A stretch of DNA of 63,921 bases, counting the filler, from Octopus bimaculoides (lineage: Eukaryota): assembly GCF_001194135.2 (NCBI RefSeq). It is 4 parts of 4 records of this genome, joined end to end, with 100 filler letters (N's around TTAATTAATTAA, not from the genome) between each part and the next. Parts side by side here need not be neighbours in the genome. Positions count along the whole stretch, not along the records: positions 1 to 30,336 come from NC_068990.1; positions 30,437 to 51,998 come from NC_068981.1; 2 more parts are not named here. One strand, given 5' to 3'. Made by a program: the position numbers and the translations under genes. The notes beneath the pieces were generated by a model. It did no database searches. It saw only the letters and a list, made by a program, of their open reading frames with translations, and was not told where the DNA came from. Within the stretch, counting starts at the first letter, position 1. Every line of letters begins with the position of its first letter. Shown here piece by piece: positions 27,770 through 40,849 of this stretch.

Positions 27770-28347
27770 GCAAAACTTTAGGAGTGATAGAGTGATGCCT
27801 CCGTTCATCTTCCCACACAACCTCAGACTCAACACGGAGTCCTACATCAAGTTCCTGGAGGAGGTAGTGATGCTCTGGGCGAAGAGGGTGGTTGCTGGAA
27901 GAGACTATGTCTGGCAACAGGGCTCTACACCATGCCACACAAGAAGGAGAACCCAGTCATGGCAGTCAGACAATTTCTGCGACAACATGACTCCTAACAT
28001 CTGGACACCTAAATTCCCAGACTGCAACCCACTTGATTATTATTGTGTGGGTCACAGTTGAGCGAGAGAGCAACAAAACTTCTTGTAACACGAAAGATAA
28101 ACTGAAAGCAAGAATTATGGCAGTATTCACCAACTTAAACAAGGAAACCACCCAGAAGAGTTGCAGGAGATTCCGAAGTCGTCTGGAGGCCGTGGTAGAA
28201 GCCAATAGCGATTTTATTGAATAAATTTACTCTTTAGTATTTCAGGCTATTTTTATGTAATTTTGGTAAATGTATCTGTTGAAATGAGGTGTCAGTGTTA
28301 TTTTTATTCTTGGGTAATTTAGACGACAATTTATTCGCCGCACCCTG
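27770..28347 (+). mobile_element. Tc1-like transposon, 3' half
   Basis: YIKFLEEVV...VWQQGSTPCHT...WTPKFPDCNPLDYY (compare QQDxAPxH, WPxxSPDLNPLD). Ends in CACCCTG followed by TA. Confidence 0.88.
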
Positions 28348-29733
28348 TATACACACATAGACACAGAGACACACACAGAGACACACAGACAGACACACAA
28401 ACACACACACACACACGCACTAACACACACATAGAAACACATACACACACATACACACTCACATATAAATATACATAATCACGCAAGCGTACATATATGT
28501 AAATACCTACATATATCCATGTGCATCTATGTGCAGTTGTGTGTATGGTATGCGAGTAGGATATTTTGGTGATATTCAAGTGTAAAACAAAGTAAAATTC
28601 TCGTTACCCACTTGTACTGAAAATATTTGTTCTTTCAGTAAAGAGATTTATGCGTGATGAATATGACTCTCCCATTCAAACTTTGGTTTTTCTGTTGCTG
28701 GTCACAGTAGTACTGTTAACATCATCAGTGTATAAATTGAAAGAGTATGCTTATCGATACATACATACATACATACATACATCATACATACATACATACA
28801 TACATACATACATACATACATACATACCTACATACATACAGATCGGAAGNNNNNNNNNNNNNNNNNNNNNNNNNNNNNNNNNNNNNNNNNNNNNNNNNNN
28901 NNNNNNNNNNNNNNNNNNNNNNNNNNNNNNNNNNNNTATATATATATATATGCACATACATACATATGTATATATATATATATATATGCATGTATGTATA
29001 TATATATTTATATATACATATATTCTCACATACACACATACAAATATAGAGAGGGTGTTTGATATAGATAAAGCGAATAAGTAGGAGAACGATAACTCCA
29101 TGTTCCGTTATATTCGTGCTTTATCTTCCAGTAAAAAAAAAAAGAAAAAAGTACATATTTTCGTCTTCTAGTTTCATGATAACTCAAGCATCACCAATAT
29201 TCAATATTTCTCCAGATTTTTTTCTTTTTTACCCTTCAACTTCTTAATAAAAACACTCATTCGTGAGTTTTGCCCAAATATTTCAGTTTCATGCTATATG
29301 CTCAATTGATATATATTTATCTTGACTCAGCCAAGAAGTTCCATGCTAAATATGCTTTAGTTTTCTTTACGTGTTATTAGCTTTATCCTTCCCCGTAACC
29401 CACGCTTTATCTATTTACGTATTTTTATATATGCTTCTGATTTGCTGTATTGATTTTTTTATCTGCATCCCAACGCATTACGCTGATTTTCTTCATGGAT
29501 CTTCTTCAATCTTTACTTCCGAATCCTTTCCCTTCTTTTATGTTTGTCTTCATTATATTTCCATTTCTTAGTTTATCTTTTTATTGCTTACTGTATTCAT
29601 ATTTTTATCCATTTATTCATTCCCTTTTCTTTCATTTTCAAGGAAATCTATCGATGACTTTCTCTCTCTCTCAATCTCCCTCTATCTCCACAACTGAAAG
29701 TCTCTCTCTCACACACGCGCGTAGAATCCATTA

Positions 29734-29773
<40 letters not shown>

Positions 29774-29925
29774 AACACACACAGACACACACACACACAC
29801 ACGCACACACACTCACACAAATTCTCTCTCGTTCTATCTCTCTAGCTATCTCCTCTCTCTTTCTCTCTCTCATATATGCATACCCATCATCATATAGAAA
29901 TGGTATGCACAGCAGAAATATATAA

Positions 29926-29958
<33 letters not shown>

Positions 29959-30099
29959 GTGTACTTATCCATAAAAATCCAGCTAATTTTCCTTTGTCAG
30001 TGCTGTTTCTATCTGACTTTATCAATATATTTGTATATGTATGTATGTATATATAGATAGATAGATACATACATACATACATACATACATACATACATG

Positions 30100-30132
<33 letters not shown>

Positions 30133-30336
30133 ACATATGTACATATGTACATATACACACACAGACATGGCTGTGTTGGACTTAGGATTTTGTTTTTCAA
30201 CCACATGGATCCGGGTTTAGTGCACCATGGGAAAGCATCTTCAACTACAGCCCTGGGTTTTGTGAGTAGATTTCCTAGACGGAAAATGAAGCAGTAACTG
30301 GTCTGGTTATATATATATATATATATATATATATAT

Positions 30337-30436
30337 NNNNNNNNNNNNNNNNNNNNNNNNNNNNNNNNNNNNNNNNNNNNTTAATTAATTAANNNNNNNN
30401 NNNNNNNNNNNNNNNNNNNNNNNNNNNNNNNNNNNN
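30337..30436. other. Artificial 100-bp scaffold spacer (44N-TTAATTAATTAA-44N)
   Basis: The same construct occurs at 51999-52098 and from 59590; it has stop codons in all six frames. Confidence 0.9.
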
Positions 30437-30493
30437 TATGTATGTATGTATGTATGTATGTATGTATGTATGTATAGTAAAACAGGGTTTCAG

Positions 30494-30710
30494 ATGGAAT
30501 CAGGTACTTTAAAAGATATGCACCAGGTAAGATTGGATAAATCTGTGGTTCGGGCCAATGGTTAGTAAATATCAAATAAGAAAACCAACCCTATGAGTAT
30601 TTAGTGCCTAGGGGCTGGTCCAAAGCACACGTTACACATGAAGACCCAGAATATGACAGGAAGCAGGACACGAAACTCTTCGCCTCTGATTCACCTCTGC
30701 AGCAATCTGG
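30494..30710 (+). CDS. Possible upstream exons of the CLU-domain gene (30494-30526 and 30605-30710)
   Basis: Strong donor ccag|gtaaga at 30527. Phases chain (GIRYFKRYAP-V-PRGWSKAHVTHEDPEYDRKQDTKLFASDSPLQQS-G) into exon 31026, but the second donor (gtttaa) is weak and no homology was recognised. Confidence 0.22.
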
Positions 30711-30876
30711 GTTTAAAAAGAATATATATACTCTGCGTTAAGTATTAAGTTCTCTTTACCTCGTTCGTAAAATTAAGCCTACATTCTACCTACCTGCACA
30801 CATAAATACATACCTATACAACATATATATAAACACACTCATACACACAAGCACACACGCACACGTGCGCGCTCAT

Positions 30877-30916
<40 letters not shown>

Positions 30917-31025
30917 NNNNNNNNNNTATATATAAATAATGTATGCATATGTCTATACATATGTATATCATGTATGTATGTATGTATATGTATATGTATA
31001 TGTATGTATAATCTTTCATTTCCAG

Positions 31026-31132
31026 AGATGTCCGTCTAACACCCGAAATTGTGAATAGAGAGTTAGCAATTCTGAGAGAACTCGCCCAACCAGAAAGCGA
31101 GGTGTGTGCACTGGAAAGCATAAAGTTTTATG
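31026..31132 (+). CDS. Internal exon of a CLU-domain gene
   Basis: Acceptor tctttcatttccag, donor G|gtaagt. Open frame DVRLTPEIVNRELAILRELAQPESEVCALESIKFY, phase 2 in and phase 1 out, joining exon 32621 in frame. Confidence 0.65.
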
Positions 31133-31655
31133 GTAAGTAAGATGCTTTTTGAGTAATTTCTGTGGAGATGTGAAGTGGCAAGGCGGTGAGGTCACGGAAA
31201 ACGCTTTATAGCATCACTGGTTTATTTTTTCGATTTGGCATCAGCTAACTGCCTTTCTTTTCCTTCCTGTTGCCTGTGAAAAGGACAGCTGGTTTTTAGA
31301 CTTACATAACCTTGGAAGACCGCAAGGCAGTGAAGTCATCTACTGCGTTTTGATGACACTGTTTATTATGACAGTAAAATGACAATCTTTTTTTTTTTCA
31401 TCAATCATATTCATACATGATTCATCATTCAACGTCATTCATTGTTCCCCATGCATCAATCATCACTCATTTATCATTCGATTTCTTTTGTCAGTCAGCT
31501 TATGTTGTTCACTTTCATTCTCATCCATCTTTTACAATTCACCTTTAGTCATCATTGTTCGTCTACATTTATCATTAAACTTCTCCGTTCAGCATCATCA
31601 TTCATTGCCATTTGCTTCTCTTCTTCAGCTATCATTTATTATTATTATTATTATT

Positions 31656-31709
<54 letters not shown>

Positions 31710-31729
31710 GCTGTTGTTGTTGTTGTTGA

Positions 31730-32085
31730 GTGAGAGAGCAGCGCATGCAATCAAAATGACACTGAGGTAAAATATACGAAGCCCATTATACCCATCATGA
31801 CTACTCGCCTTATAATGGTAGACCAGGCACATGCCTCACAACCATATGTGCGCGACATGGTGATCTCATATCAAGATAAACAGCGCATGGCCTTACAGAT
31901 GGCACCCAGTTAGAATTTTCTTCAGGTTGAGTAGGCCATCCCGTTCAGAAGGTCCCTGAATAAGGTTTATTTAAAGATGATAAACGAAACACTCATGTTT
32001 CCAAAAGTGAATTATCCAAACCCCAAAGAATTCCTTTCAACACATGGCTATGATGCTCTCCCACTACTTCTGCTCGTGATCAGAG
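31730..32085. repeat. Unclassified interspersed repeat
   Basis: GC-richer block between microsatellites, recalled as a common octopus repeat. There is no second copy in the window. Confidence 0.4.
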
Positions 32086-32087
32086 AC

Positions 32088-32133
<46 letters not shown>

Positions 32134-32134
<1 letters not shown>

Positions 32135-32340
32135 GAGCGGCGAGCTGGCTGAATCGTAGCACGCCGGACAAACTACTTAGCGGCATTTCGTCCGTCTTTA
32201 CGTTCTGAGTTAGAATTTCACCGAGATTGACTTTGCCTTTTATTCTTTCGGGGTTGATAAAATAAGTACCAGTTGTACAGTGGGTCAATGTAATTGACTT
32301 ACCCCACCCTGTACCAAAATTTGGCCTTGTACCAAAACTT
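32134..32340 (+). mobile_element. SINE family A
   Basis: Same consensus. Confidence 0.8.
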
Positions 32341-32381
32341 GAGCTCATTATTATTATCATTATTATTATTATTATTATTAT

Positions 32382-32443
<62 letters not shown>

Positions 32444-32489
32444 AAGGAAATCATTATTTTTGTTGATGTTATCATCATCATCATTATCA

Positions 32490-32547
<58 letters not shown>

Positions 32548-32555
32548 CATTATTA

Positions 32556-32601
<46 letters not shown>

Positions 32602-32620
32602 AATTCTTATTATTATTCAG

Positions 32621-32769
32621 AGAGTAACGTGGAGTACATATACAGCACAGGGTGCCGTGCCCCTCTCTCCCGGCAGATCTATGGAGATATCTGCTATCTT
32701 GAAGTGAAACCGATCGGCAAGGCACCACTCTACATCACTGCCAGCAGCCATGGCTATTTTTTGAATAAT
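32621..32769 (+). CDS. Exon encoding the start of a CLU (clustered mitochondria) domain, divergent from CLUH
   Basis: Acceptor ttattcag, donor |gtaagt at 32770. (E)SNVEYIYSTGCRAPLSRQIYGDICYLEVKPIGKAPLYITASSHGYFLNN resembles the CLU motif PxxxRxxxGDLxYLxVxxxxxxxxxITASxxGFYLN, recalled from memory. Confidence 0.72.
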
Positions 32770-34022
32770 GTAAGTAGATCGTTTTGTTATTGTTTTTACT
32801 ACTGCTATTGTTGTTATTGTTGTTTTATGCAGCGTTAAATCAACCATTAAGCAAAATAAGGGGACACCACAGAAAAGGTAAATGGTTTACGGCACGAAAG
32901 AAATCACTTTAAATTTGCTTGAATAATATTCGAAGTGGTTTATATGATCATAAATATAATTTCACAGTGTTTATATCGCCTCTCATACCTCCTGACATTT
33001 TATAATTTATTCCTCATGAAAAATGTCCATCGTTTGGGTATCCTGGATTTCAGCTGCATAGAACCTCTGCATTATACTCTTCCGTATTGGATTACTATGT
33101 GGTATGGTAGCCGGGTCCACTAGAGGAACTTTCTGTGATAGCCACAAAGAATTCTATAGATCAAATATATTGCACTACAAATATAAGTGTTGTTAAAAGC
33201 TTGCTTCCCGACCACATGGTTCCGGAGAAAACGAGAAGAAAACAACACGAAGCAGGTTGATGCAAAAAGTGGAACGATAAGAAAGGAAAGAAATAAAATC
33301 AAGATTCCCGTCCTGTCTGATTGCAGAAACCACAATTGCAGCTAGTGCAGAAGATGCCAAAGTCTGCGAAACAGTTACTCAATCTGGAGCGGGTGATGTC
33401 CACCCATTCGACAAAACAAAATTTGTCCATGTGTTTGCACCTGCTAAAAATTTCAGATATGGAATTAAGCACTGTGATAGAATTTTTGGATCTAAAGAAA
33501 ATATGTCATTTTTCTCCCATGCATAAGTTGCATTTCTTAGAATCATCAATATACATCTAACGCATAAACAGAGCTGGAAAGATTGCTTGGAAATACATGA
33601 CATGCTTTATAAATCTGTCAATTTAAAGTATTGTAAAAGCATGAAACTATTAGTAGCTCGTTCGTAATGTGTATTAAATTGATATTTATCTCTCACTGGA
33701 TGGAGTACTTTTTTTATTGATTTCACCTATACTGGATTTATAAACTATATATATGTATATATATATATATATNNNNNNNNNNNNNNNNNNNNNNNNNNNN
33801 NNNNNNNNNNNNNNNNNNNNNNNNNNNNNNNNNNNNNNNNNNNNNNNNNNNNNNNNNNNNNNNNNNNNNNNNNNNNNNNNNNNNNNNNNNNNNNNNNNNN
33901 NNNNNNNNNNNNNNNNNNNNNNNNNNNNNNNNNNNNNNNNNNNNNNNNNNNNNNNNNNNNNNNNNNNNNNNNNNNNNNNNNNNNNNNNNNNNNNNNNNNN
34001 NNNNNNNNNNNNNNNNNNNNNN

Positions 34023-34072
<50 letters not shown>

Positions 34073-34386
34073 AGTGAAGTTGCATTTGTCAGGTTATAAT
34101 TGCCCAATTTTTAATTATTTTATGCTTATTTTTTTTTACGTTTTATTTTTCCTTATTTTTCTTATCCTCATCGGACTAACTGTTCGCTTGGCCATCTCTC
34201 ACCCTCACGAACACCAACCCGATCTTACCCTTGCACACACACACACACACACACAAATACACACACATGCACACACACAGTGCTCCCTAATTAGGGGCCT
34301 CGTTTGGCATTTAATTCGACCAGGTTTGAACCTAAAATATCTTCGACACACATACAAAACCACATAGGAATGCTATCATTTATCAC

Positions 34387-34440
<54 letters not shown>

Positions 34441-34682
34441 CATTATTATTATTATTATTATTATTATCATCATCATTATTGCTCCCTCGTACTTCATATT
34501 TCATCTCTTCCTCCTTCAGTTTCTTCTCCTTGTTCTCCTCCCTTCTCGCCAGTATCACCACCACCAACTGCGCCGCTGCCAGCTCAACCGCAGTGACAGA
34601 CAGACCGGGGCTTTCTAGCTGGCTGCCCGGCTGGTTGGCTGGCGGCCAGTTGGTTGGTCCGTTATAAAGATATAACAACAGC

Positions 34683-34717
<35 letters not shown>

Positions 34718-34894
34718 GGCCCTAATTGTAGCTATTTTCATAATTGCTAAATTATTCATAATTAAGCTGAAACTTTATAAATGGAGACGGTGGGAATGTG
34801 TGTGTGTGTGTATGTGTGTGTGTGTGTGACTATGTGTGTGTGTGTGTGTGTGTGTGCGTGAGCTTTGATTTGTTTTCTGCAGTTTTGATGTTTG

Positions 34895-34945
<51 letters not shown>

Positions 34946-35511
34946 NNNNNNNNNNNNNNNNNNNNNNNNNNNNNNNNNNNNNNNNNNNNNNNNNNNNNNN
35001 NNNNNNNNNNNNNNNNNNNNNNNNNNNNNNNNNNNNNNNNNNNNNNNNNNNNNNNNNNNNNNNNNNNNNNNNNNNNNNNNNNNNNNNNNNNNNNNNNNNN
35101 NNNNNNNNNNNNNNNNNNNNNNNNNNNNNNNNNNNNNNNNNNNNNNNNNNNNNNNNNNNNNNNNNNNNNNNNNNNNNNNNNNNNNNNNNNNNNNNNNNNN
35201 NNNNNNNNNNNNNNNNNNNNNNNNNNNNNNNNNNNNNNNNNNNNNNNNNNNNNNNNNNGGTGGTGGTGGTAGTGACGGTGGTGGTGGTGGTGGTGGTGGT
35301 GATGGTGGTGGTAGTGCTGCTGCTGCTGCTGCTGTTATGTGTTGGTTGAGATGGTGGTGGTGGTGGTAGTGGTAGTGGTGTTGGCTGTGGCATCGGTTGT
35401 AAAAGCGACAGTGATGGTGGCGGTTGTGGTTTTCGTCTAACATCGCATTCACCCGCTCAAGTTTCCCACTCCTATGCAAATCACTACAGTCAACTCCTTA
35501 TGTGTGCGTCT

Positions 35512-35559
<48 letters not shown>

Positions 35560-37222
35560 CATGTGTTTGTCTATGAATGTATTGGTGTGTATACGGACGT
35601 GTGTGTGTGTGTGTGTGTTTGCTTAACGTAATTGTTGCTTTCAAAATGGCTTTATTATCTGTCTTTATGGAATGGAATGACAGAGGGTGTGGGGCAGGAC
35701 CGGAGCGGGGAGGACGTAAACGGACACTGTTAAACTAGCCTATAACATCATATTGCATACCCGTATGTATGTATGTATGTATGTATGTATGTATGTATGT
35801 ATATGTATGTANNNNNNNNNNNNNNNNNNNNNNNNNNNNNNNNNNNNNNNNNNNNNNNNNNNNNNNNNNNNNNNNNNNNNNNNNNNNNNNNNNNNNNNNN
35901 NNNNNNNNNNNNNNNNNNNNNNNNNNNNNNNNNNNNNNNNNNNNNNNNNNNNNNNNNNNNNNNNNNNNNNNNNNNNNNNNNNNNNNNNNNNNNNNNNNNN
36001 NNNNNNNNNNNNNNNNNNNNNNNNNNNNNNNNNNNNNNNNNNNNNNNNNNNNNNNNNNNNNNNNNNNNNNNNNNNNNNNNNNNNNNNNNNNNNNNNNNNN
36101 NNNNNNNNNNNNNNNNNNNNNNNNNNNNNNNNNNNNNNNNNNNNNNNNNNNNNNNNNNNNNNNNNNNNNNNNNNNNNNNNNNNNNNNNNNNNNNNNNNNN
36201 NNNNNNNNNNNNNNNNNNNNNNNNNNNNNNNNNNNNNNNNNNNNNNNNNNNNNNNNNNNNNNNNNNNNNNNNNNNNNNNNNNNNNNNNNNNNNNNNNNNN
36301 NNNNNNNNNNNNNNNNNNNNNNNNNNNNNNNNNNNNNNNNNNNNNNNNNNNNNNNNNNNNNNNNNNNNNNNNNNNNNNNNNNNNNNNNNNNNNNNNNNNN
36401 NNNNNNNNNNNNNNNNNNNNNNNNNNNNNNNNNNNNNNNNNNNNNNNNNNNNNNNNNNNNNNNNNNNNNNNNNNNNNNNNNNNNNNNNNNNNNNNNNNNN
36501 NNNNNNNNNNNNNNNNNNNNNNNNNNNNNNNNNNNNNNNNNNNNNNNNNNNNNNNNNNNNNNNNNNNNNNNNNNNNNNNNNNNNNNNNNNNNNNNNNNNN
36601 NNNNNNNNNNNNNNNNNNNNNNNNNNNNNNNNNNNNNNNNNNNNNNNNNNNNNNNNNNNNNNNNNNNNNNNNNNNNNNNNNNNNNNNNNNTATATATACA
36701 TATATACATATATATACACACATATGTATGTATGTATCTATGTATGTATGTGTACACACACACATATACATATATATACATACATATAAATAGATACAAA
36801 TATATGTGTGTGTGTGTGTGTGTGTGTAATCACTATTTAGGGTAGGTCAGCTACAGGAGACGTTTGCCGTTGAAATGAGTGAGCTTAGATTAAAGAGAAA
36901 GAGACGAACAAACAATTAAAGCGAGAGAGAAGCAGGAGAGAGAAGGAAAGGAAGAGAAAGAGAGGTGAATATGTGTAAGGTGGGGGGTGAGGGCAGGGAA
37001 GAGAATTAGGGACAATTAGAGATGAAGTTAAAATGTAGATGGCTCTGTTTACTGAGGTATTTGTCATGCAGCAATTTTTGTTTCTTCTCTTACAATGTCA
37101 AATGGCATATAAGAGGATGCAAGAAACGGGTACAAGTCACCCTGGGATACACACACACACACAAACACAAACACACACACGTGTTATCTATGTATAATAT
37201 ATATATATATATGTATGTATAT

Positions 37223-37533
37223 AGGCGCAGGAGTGGCTGTGTTGTCGGTAGCTTGCTTATCAACCACACGGTACCGGGTTCAGATCCCACTGCGTGACAC
37301 CTTGGGCAACTGTCTTGTTATAGCCTCGGGTCGACTAAAGCCTTGTGAGTGGATTTGGTAGACGGAAACTGAAAGAAACCCGTCATATGTGTGTGTGTTT
37401 TTGTGCCTGTGTTTGTCCCCCCCCCAAATCACCGGACAACAGATGTTGGTGTGTTTACGTCTCCGTAACTTAGCGGTTCGGTAAAAGATACCGATAGAAT
37501 AAGTACCAGGCTTACAAAGAATAAGTACCAGGC
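37223..37533 (+). mobile_element. SINE family B with 3' module
   Basis: Near consensus; the module TTTACGTC..CGTAACTTAGCGGTTCGG follows. Confidence 0.8.
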
Positions 37534-37760
37534 NNNNNNNNNNNNNNNNNTATATTTTATTATATGTATTTATTTTCTCTTAGTTAATAATTAACTCCGA
37601 CAAAATAAATTGGTTTATAGATACCAGGGTAGCAAAGATCACAAAATAACTGTGGTGTAACTCCTGTTTATGAGGTAGAAACTCCCTGCTATTTTGGGCA
37701 AATGAGTAAATATAAAAATTTAGTAAATGGAGTAATACGCATATGTTAAATGAATTCTTT

Positions 37761-37852
37761 TATTTCCAACATATGTTTCGAAGATTACAAATGGTTTCTT
37801 CCAAAGGAATAGGTGATGTTGATAAAGATGTAATCTTCTCTTCAAGGAAATA
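37761..37852 (-). ncRNA. Hammerhead candidate, mirror copy in the left palindrome arm
   Basis: Reverse complement of 38034-38125 with two differences in the stem II loop. Confidence 0.6.
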
Positions 37853-38033
37853 CATAAGAACCAGCTTAACCGTAAGACATTTTAACATTCGGTTAAAATG
37901 TCTTACGGTTAAGCTGGTTNNNNNNNNNNATAAAGATGTAATCTTCTCTTCAAGGAAATACATAAGAACCAGCTTAACCGTAAGACATTTTAACCGAATG
38001 TTAAAATGTCTTACGGTTAAGCTGGTTCTTATG

Positions 38034-38125
38034 TATTTCCTTGAAGAGAAGATTACATCTTTATCAACATTACTTATTCCTTTGGAAGAAACCATTTGTA
38101 ATCTTCGAAACATATGTTGGAAATA
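38034..38125 (+). ncRNA. Type I hammerhead candidate (C3U core variant)
   Basis: Stem I TATTTCC/GGAAATA (7 bp), core TTGAAGA, stem II GAAGATTACA/TGTAATCTTC (10 bp), GAAA, palindromic A-CATATG-T, triplet GUU. Confidence 0.65.
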
Positions 38126-38149
38126 AAAGAATTCATTTAACATATGTAT

Positions 38150-39000
38150 AAATATAATTAACTCCCAGAAAAATTACTCTAAAAAGAATTACTATGAAAA
38201 TAATATAGTCTGGTTCACAATACCACTTGCAATACACATTAGAACCAATATAGTGAAATTATTTTACAAAGCTGTCTCTAAACATTTTTCAGAGGAAAAC
38301 AAATCACAAAATAATAAACTCACACAAATTAAGAGCATGTTTCTGCGTTTCAAAATACATAGCACAAATTATATCTGCACAAAATATTTAAAAAAATAAA
38401 TGATAATAATAGGAGTAAGGAAAATACAAATGATTTACTTAATGGCCAAAATTACAAAGAACATAACGATAGTATGAAACACACAAGAAACGAAAGAACG
38501 TAACCCTTAATGACTCCCCACTAAAATCAAAAAATATATTCAAAAAGGAGAAAAAATAAACTTAGTAGTAAGGAAAATGATAATAAAAACATTAATGCAA
38601 ATGATTTAAATATATATGCTAATACTTATAGTAGCAACAACGAACATAAGTTGAGTTACAATATAAATATTAAGATAAATAAGAAAAGGAAAGAGGAAGA
38701 AGATAAGTCATTAGTTAAGACTCAACCATGAAAACGTGAAAAATAGGCACAGCACTATTAATAAGGAAACAGCGAAAGATCCTGAAAATAAATCCTGTGA
38801 TTGTGTCAATAAAAATAAAAATAGATGTCCATTAAGAAATTTTTGTAGAGAAAAAAGTGTAATATATAGGTGTAAAGTAATGTCTGAGGGGCAAGATTAC
38901 TACTATATAGGCTCCACAGAAAATTATATAAAAAGTAGGACAGCCAACCACGAAAGAACTTTAAGAATAGATATACGTCTAGTAAATCCAAATAAATATA
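38150..39000 (+). mobile_element. Degenerate Penelope-like element: post-RT region plus GIY-YIG endonuclease
   Basis: NIVWFTIP...TNIVKLFYKAVSKHF (compare WFNPP..TNIG..F...IDKHF) and CDCVNKNKNRCPLRNFCREKSVIYRCKV...YYYIGSTENYIKSRTANHERTLR (GIY-YIG preceded by CxC..CPLxxxC). Frameshifted. Confidence 0.85.
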
Positions 39001-39173
39001 ATTAAATAGGCATTATGTGACTAAATCAATATCTAGAACAAATGATTCTATAATATTAGTCTAAAAGAGGAGTATACATTGAAACTCTATCTGTTAATGT
39101 ATCTTAATAAATAAATTAACAATTATATTAAATGAATGAGGGATAGAGAGCCTATTATATTCATAAGGAAAAG

Positions 39174-39204
<31 letters not shown>

Positions 39205-39910
39205 AAATTTTAAATAATAAATTATATTTAAATAAACACTCCGTGAATGATTAAATTAATATGAACACAGGAACAAATCTTCAAATGAAATGTACTCTCA
39301 CTATTTGAAAATAATCTAACTCCATACATGTGAGACATAGTGAATAGTATCCCCTTTAAAATATATAAAAATTAATTTAACTAAATATATATAATAACCC
39401 AAGCTATCAAGAAATAAGACTAATACATCTAAATAAATAAAAATTTGTAATAAAAATTGAAATTCTCACAATTAAATAAGTAGAACTTAAAATAAATATT
39501 TTGGATATTTGGATACTTACTAATATACATTTTTCATTTTTATTCTTTTGGCAAATGAGTAGGGAAAGGAGTGCCAGCCAGCCTCTAAAAAAAGACGATA
39601 TAAATTCCATTAAGTGTCAATAGTAGTATGACCTAGTTCTTCAGGACTGCAGCTAGCCATTGTCCACTGAGGTCGTAATTTAATCTCTAGCTATTTTTAT
39701 AATGGAATCCAAAGACACACATGCTGACACACACATACACATACTGCTATTCAGTCTGTAAGGAACTTTCCATCCATTAGAATGTAAATGAATATATGTC
39801 AATTTTGCCCTGAAGAGATATTTACCTTTTTAATTCATAATGCAATTTTTATTGTAAAATATGAATGAAGGTAAGAAATTGAAACATGAGTAAGCGACAT
39901 GAAATTGATT

Positions 39911-40075
39911 AGGCGCAGGAGTGGTTGTGTGGTAAGTAGCTCGCTTACTAACCACATGGTTCCGGGTTCAGTCCTACTGCGTGGCACCTAGGGCAAGTGT
40001 CTTCTACTATAGCCTCGGGCCGACCAAAGCCTTGTGAGTGGATTTGGTAGACGGAAACTGAAAGAAGCACGTCGT
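39911..40075 (+). mobile_element. SINE family B
   Basis: Near consensus. Confidence 0.85.
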
Positions 40076-40849
40076 GTGTGTGTGTGTGTGNNNNNNNNNN
40101 NNNNNNNNNNNNNNNNNNNNNNNNNNNNNNNNNNNNNNNNNNNNNNNNNNNNNNNNNNNNNNNNNNNNNNNNNNNNNNNNNNNNNNNNNNNNNNNNNNNN
40201 NNNNNNNNNNNNNNNNNNNNNNNNNNNNNNNNNNNNNNNNNNNNNNNNNNNNNNNNNNNNNNNNNNNNNNNNNNNNNNNNNNNNNNNNNNNNNNNNNNNN
40301 NNNNNNNNNNNNNNNNNNNNNNNNNNNNNNNNNNNNNNNNNNNNNNNNNNNNNNNNNNNNNNNNNNNNNNNNNNNNNNNNNNNNNNNNNNNNNNNNNNNN
40401 NNNNNNNNNNNNNNNNNNNNNNNNNNNNNNNNNNNNNNNNNNNNNNNNNNNNNNNNNNNNNAAGAGTATATATTATATATATATCCCCCTTTCCTCCCTC
40501 CTCCTCCCCTTTCTCTCTTTCTCTTTGTCACTCTTCCCTCTTTTCTCTCAATTATTAGATAAAATCCTACATCCTGACCTCTTTTAAAAGGGAAGCAGGG
40601 ATTGTTTCTCTTCAAACAACAATTAGATTCTCACTCCACCCTCACATACACACGCGTCTAACTCCACCACACTCCATGTCAATCTCCACCACCACCCCCC
40701 TACCCGCTGTTATCCCCCTTCGCCACCCCTGTTACTATCCACCCCCACCCCCAACATCTCCTAGCTGTATTTGACCAAAAGTATTAAAACTGAAACCAGA
40801 CAAGGACACCTACAATAACAATGTGACCATCATCATATTCATCATCATC

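Larger units (their letters stand above)
37740..38146. repeat. Long near-perfect palindrome (about 147-bp arms, 5-nt loop), split by a 10-N gap
   Basis: The left contig shows loop ATTCG and the right contig CGAAT. Each arm carries the hammerhead. Confidence 0.85.

Noticed and set aside
28639-28746. Possible upstream CLU-gene exon (MRDEYDSPIQTLVFLLL...)
   Set aside because: Weak donor (ga|gtatgc) and no homology support.
30381-30392. Recurrent TTAATTAATTAA islands (also 52043-52054 and 59634-59645)
   Set aside because: Each is preceded by exactly 44 N and followed by another N run; this is an artificial six-frame-stop spacer.
37920-37995. Apparent double hairpin with a flipped loop
   Set aside because: Expected when an assembler splits one palindrome at a 10-N gap; not evidence of real flip-flop isomers without long reads.
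39270-39345. CACTAT-TTGAAAA...ACATGT...ATAGTG hammerhead-like flanks
   Set aside because: No GAAA and no stem II.
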